Source of the DNA: a virus
Taxonomy: Duplodnaviria > Heunggongvirae > Uroviricota > Caudoviricetes
Length of the DNA: 18,937 nt
Virus record (IMG/VR): IMGVR_UViG_2547132278_000005
Coordinates: 1-18,937 of that record
Reading direction: 5' to 3' (one strand)
Shown here: positions 15,307-18,937 of the stretch, piece after piece
Layout of the letters: every line of letters begins with the position of its first letter
How positions within the stretch are numbered: the stretch's first letter is position 1
The notes under the pieces: generated by a model
What the model was told of the DNA's origin: nothing
Databases searched by the model: none
Seen by the model: only the letters and a program-made list of their open reading frames with translations
Made by a program: the position numbers and the translations under genes

Positions 15307-17255
15307 TGCGGAATATCTCCGGAGAATCTCTGACGCTTCTGAGTCAGATCAAGAACAACGGGAGAACCATCATCTTTCAGCAGATAACCAGTACCAAGTT
15401 TCACCAGGTACTGACTATCGCCGTAACTTTGCAAACCATACTGACCAGGCGGTGTTTTTATCCCTGTGCCAACAACTTGTTCATTCCAAACCTGATTAAC
15501 CTGCTTATCGAATTGCTCTGCAGACATTCCCCACGGCAAAAGAACATTCCCCATTCCGTTATAGTCATGCACGCCACCTGTAGCTACGTTAACAGCCTGT
15601 TTCCAGATATCATTGTCAATTTCGCCTGATACCACGCCTTTTTTCGCCATCACACCAGCGTAATAGTCCTTTGCGATCTCGTATGCCATTGATGCCCCCT
15701 GAGCATCACCAGCAAATGCATCCTTCACCATGTCAGAAAACTCAAGGCGAAGATCAGCATCTTTAGGCATCGGAATACCTTTCGCGTCATCAGTACCCTT
15801 ACGAGCCGCCGCACCAGCAAGAATTGTCTGCGCTGCGGTTTCAGGAGACACGGAAACATCAGGATTAAACCAGTTTTTTTCTGCCAAAATACCACCAGGC
15901 TTATCCATCAGTATCCCGGCAACGGCAGCAGATGGAGCGTTGGCACTGATCTGCTGTAGTGCTGACATATACACCTGCCCACCACCAGTGCTCTGCCTGA
16001 TGGTATCGAGATATGCTGCCTGTTGGGAAACTGGAGCATCACGAAAGAAAACACCGATCTGATTGGCCTCGTCTTTGGAAAAGAACGTCAGTGGAGTGCC
16101 ATATGACTTAGCAAGGTCACTGACCTGAGCGGCACGCAAGGCAACGCTCTGTCCAAAGTTATCCTTATTGCTCATGTCGATAGGCTTTGCCTGTCCGGAG
16201 GCAAGAGAGAACTGCACAGGATCCGACTGCCGCTGCTTTATCACCTGATTTGCAGCCGAAACAACGTTGTCATAAAGAGCTGCGCGTGCCGCATACCCCT
16301 CCCCTGTCTCACCAGTATCCGGGCGTAATTGCTCAACATATGCTGTAATGCTGCTTGTCGGCATGTTGCGGAAAGAGCCTATATACTGTCCGGCGATTTG
16401 CGTATTTCTGAACTCGGTATATCGCAGGTTTCCTTCTCTTACTCCATAAGCTGCAATAAAATCAGCCTCACCAGGTGGGTTAGGAAATTCAACGCCACGC
16501 ATATACGCAGCTGTCGCATCGCGAACCTGGCTGTCAATCATCGTTTTATATTCAGCCTGCTGCTGCCGACGCAGTTGATCCGCCTGTCGCATAAAACTTG
16601 CCTGCGCCTCAGGAGATGCCGCATCGAATGCTGCATTACCGGTATAGCGTTTGGTGTTGGTTGGAATTGTTGATAAACCAAGTGCTGCACTGACACCAGC
16701 AGTTAACTGCTGATCACTGTATGGCTGGCTACCGTTCTCATGATGGATAATGGCTGCACAAAGCGCCTTCAGGGTATCAGGATTAGATGCATCGAGAGGC
16801 TCATCAGCAGAAACGCCAAGTTGTTCGCACACTGCTTTGATATACGACATAGTGTCATTTTTATCAGTAGGCGGTGCCCAGCGATTAATTATCTCGCTGA
16901 CGGTATCAATACCCTGCCTCTGATACGACATCAGGTTTCGCCCTAATGCACGAATCCCGTGTTCAGGTGTTTCGAATTTAGCAAATCGACCATCATCACC
17001 GGTCTGGCCTACCCACGGATTAGTTTTGCTGTATTCGAGATTTCCTGGGTTATTGTTGCGTATGCCACGGGCACGCTCGGAAGAGTCACTATCTGCTACA
17101 GCACGGCGAGCTCCAGCAGCAGTATCACTTAACTCGCCATTACTTTGGATGAATGCGGTCGCATTGTTTGCCGACCACTGGGACAATGCGGCATCAGCAA
17201 CCTTCTCTTTAAACTCGACTTTCTTGGCCTGGGATTTGCTCGTCGCTCCAGCCAT
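15303..17255 (-). CDS. Virion internal protein with conserved N-terminal motif (RGIRNNNPGNLEYSK...ETPEHGIRALGRNL); possible virion-associated cell-wall enzyme
   Basis: Start placed at the ATG at 17255 (GAGGA 14 nt upstream, 47-nt overlap with the upstream gene); the ORF track's 17351 start would overlap by 142 nt and has no SD. Enzymatic assignment is unverified. Confidence 0.7.
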   Translation of the reverse strand: MAGATSKSQAKKVEFKEKVADAALSQWSANNATAFIQSNGELSDTAAGARRAVADSDSSERARGIRNNNPGNLEYSKTNPWVGQTGDDGRFAKFETPEHGIRALGRNLMSYQRQGIDTVSEIINRWAPPTDKNDTMSYIKAVCEQLGVSADEPLDASNPDTLKALCAAIIHHENGSQPYSDQQLTAGVSAALGLSTIPTNTKRYTGNAAFDAASPEAQASFMRQADQLRRQQQAEYKTMIDSQVRDATAAYMRGVEFPNPPGEADFIAAYGVREGNLRYTEFRNTQIAGQYIGSFRNMPTSSITAYVEQLRPDTGETGEGYAARAALYDNVVSAANQVIKQRQSDPVQFSLASGQAKPIDMSNKDNFGQSVALRAAQVSDLAKSYGTPLTFFSKDEANQIGVFFRDAPVSQQAAYLDTIRQSTGGGQVYMSALQQISANAPSAAVAGILMDKPGGILAEKNWFNPDVSVSPETAAQTILAGAAARKGTDDAKGIPMPKDADLRLEFSDMVKDAFAGDAQGASMAYEIAKDYYAGVMAKKGVVSGEIDNDIWKQAVNVATGGVHDYNGMGNVLLPWGMSAEQFDKQVNQVWNEQVVGTGIKTPPGQYGLQSYGDSQYLVKLGTGYLLKDDGSPVVLDLTQKRQRFSGDIPQ

Positions 17256-17817
17256 GCGCAATGCCGTAATCCTCAATTTGCTGGAAAGTTTGCTTATTAG
17301 CCAATACGTATGCGGCGTTGTCGCCATACAATGCTGCGGCATTTTTACCATTGTTCAGCAGCGTAGCCTGAAACTGGCCTTCTTCGTAGGCGTTTATTTG
17401 CCCTATCTCGTGCCGCCCGGCCTGCGTAGTGAACTGAATGCGCTGCTGCTGCGCCTGCTGCATGAAAGTATTACGAGCCTGTTCATCCGGCAGCGACATA
17501 GCCAGTTGTTCGACCTGAGCATCAAACTGCTGCGTATACTCATGGCCTTTTCCAATAGCATTTTTCCCTTTCAGGTTAAGCAACCCTGTTTCAGGGTTAT
17601 TCAGCAGATCGCTGCTTATCTGACTGAGGTTAAGAGATGCCTCCTGAGCCAGAGCGATATTGGCACGCTGTTTTGCCTGACCAAAAACATCAATAGTCTC
17701 TGCCCCTGCCCGAACAAAAGCATCACCAATACCTGGCTGAGAAAACGTCTGCAAGACTGCTGACTGAACTCCACGGCTCTCAACCTGACGTCCGGATACT
17801 GTTGGTACGACTGGCAT
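17209..17817 (-). CDS. Virion structural protein (202 aa)
   Basis: ATG at 17815-17817 with SD GGAGGA and a TAATG overlap with the upstream gene stop; the ORF track's 17892 start lies inside the upstream gene. Confidence 0.7.
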   Translation of the reverse strand: MPVVPTVSGRQVESRGVQSAVLQTFSQPGIGDAFVRAGAETIDVFGQAKQRANIALAQEASLNLSQISSDLLNNPETGLLNLKGKNAIGKGHEYTQQFDAQVEQLAMSLPDEQARNTFMQQAQQQRIQFTTQAGRHEIGQINAYEEGQFQATLLNNGKNAAALYGDNAAYVLANKQTFQQIEDYGIAHGWSDEQIPGQESRV

Positions 17818-18362
17818 TATAATCCTCCGGGTAATCTGGTTCCTGCTGCTGCCCCGATTGGCGCAGGAGTGCTTTGAGTAAACGGACTCCACGTCCCACC
17901 AAACATCTGGTACGCACCGTATGCCTTCAGAGGCGCAGTGAGCAATGTTGTTGCTGCTCCCACATTCCCCTGTTTACGGGCTGAACTGGCTTCTGCTTTA
18001 TAGTTGGCAGCCTGAACCTGATAACCGTAAGCCTCGCGTTGCGCGTTATTCACCGTCGTCAGCGAATCAAGAGCGCCAAACTGGGCAGTGTCGCCAAATA
18101 TATCCAGCGCGTTACCTGTAGATAAATCAGCGCCGGTAGCCCCCATTGTCGCCGCTTGTGTACCAAGCCGCTGTCGGGTCTCTCTGCGCCGTTGCTCAGC
18201 TTCAGCGTTACCTCTGTTTATTGCATCATTTGCCTGAGCAGTGGCTATATCTGCGTTCGCTTCTGCAACCTTCGAGGCATACTTTCCCTGTTGGTACTGG
18301 GTGTATGCCTGAATGCCACTCATGGCGAGCATTGCGCCACCAGCAATAACCGGATCGCACAT
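17817..18362 (-). CDS. Virion structural protein (181 aa), Ala/Gln-rich
   Basis: SD GGAGAG; TAATG overlap with the upstream ORF stop at 18362-18364. Confidence 0.7.
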   Translation of the reverse strand: MCDPVIAGGAMLAMSGIQAYTQYQQGKYASKVAEANADIATAQANDAINRGNAEAEQRRRETRQRLGTQAATMGATGADLSTGNALDIFGDTAQFGALDSLTTVNNAQREAYGYQVQAANYKAEASSARKQGNVGAATTLLTAPLKAYGAYQMFGGTWSPFTQSTPAPIGAAAGTRLPGGL

Positions 18363-18679
18363 TATTTTCTCTCCATGTGAAATCTGTGGAAATTAAGACC
18401 AAGAGCACCATAAGGCGCGGCTTCTTCAAGCCTGAATCCAAGCCAGTGCAGCCATGCTTTGGCAACATGGTTTCGCTCGTCGACATAGTTTTCCAGGCGC
18501 GGATAAACTGCCAGCATCTGCTGCAATACAGGGCGGCAGTGGCGAAGAAATGTCTTCTGATATTTTTCGATACGGCTGGTTCCGACCAGCCAGGGCGTAC
18601 CATTGCCACCGATCATTGACGCCGGAGATACGCCAAACATGGTTACCAGTTCTCCGTTCGCGAACCCTGACCAGGCCAT
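18362..18679 (-). CDS. Phage protein, possibly a 3' remnant of a gene truncated at its 5' end by the IS21-family insertion
   Basis: The frame is open to 18733 but has no convincing RBS (ATG at 18677-18679 without SD; the ORF track's TTG at 18724 lies next to the IS end). Confidence 0.45.
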   Translation of the reverse strand: MAWSGFANGELVTMFGVSPASMIGGNGTPWLVGTSRIEKYQKTFLRHCRPVLQQMLAVYPRLENYVDERNHVAKAWLHWLGFRLEEAAPYGALGLNFHRFHMERK

Positions 18680-18690
18680 AGTCGCAGTGC

Positions 18691-18937
<247 letters not shown>

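Overview
This window is a segment of an enterobacterial (E. coli-like) prophage of podovirus-like architecture, flanked at both window edges by insertion sequences. Left edge: the 3' end of IS1 (insB C-terminus and right inverted repeat ending at 308), inserted into a polytopic membrane-protein gene (309-851, minus). An AT-rich spacer follows, then two plus-strand envelope genes (glycine-zipper lipoprotein, secreted coiled-coil protein). From a bidirectional terminator at ~2817-2849 the prophage late region runs on the minus strand: a chain of large translationally coupled virion internal/ejection-type proteins (18362 down to 11024), an accessory island (7401-11023), a tailspike with an SGNH/GDSL esterase domain (4902-7400), and a lysis cassette (two holin-like membrane proteins, a GH19 endolysin, Rz with embedded Rz1; 4793-2996). 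The accessory island is the most interesting part: it holds an AntA-family antirepressor-like gene, a small paralog of that protein's C-terminal domain sitting behind a near-consensus LexA box, a membrane-anchored tandem zinc-ribbon protein, an unassigned 210-aa protein, small membrane proteins, a hairpin-rich 400-bp non-coding leader, and four copies of the palindrome ATTACC-N5-GGTAA. Its position mirrors the P22 immI region (16-sieA-mnt-arc-ant-9). Right edge: the left end of an IS21-family (IS100-like) element with the start of istA. No rRNA, tRNA or CRISPR array was found. All calls rest on reading the sequence and recognising motifs; no database search was run.
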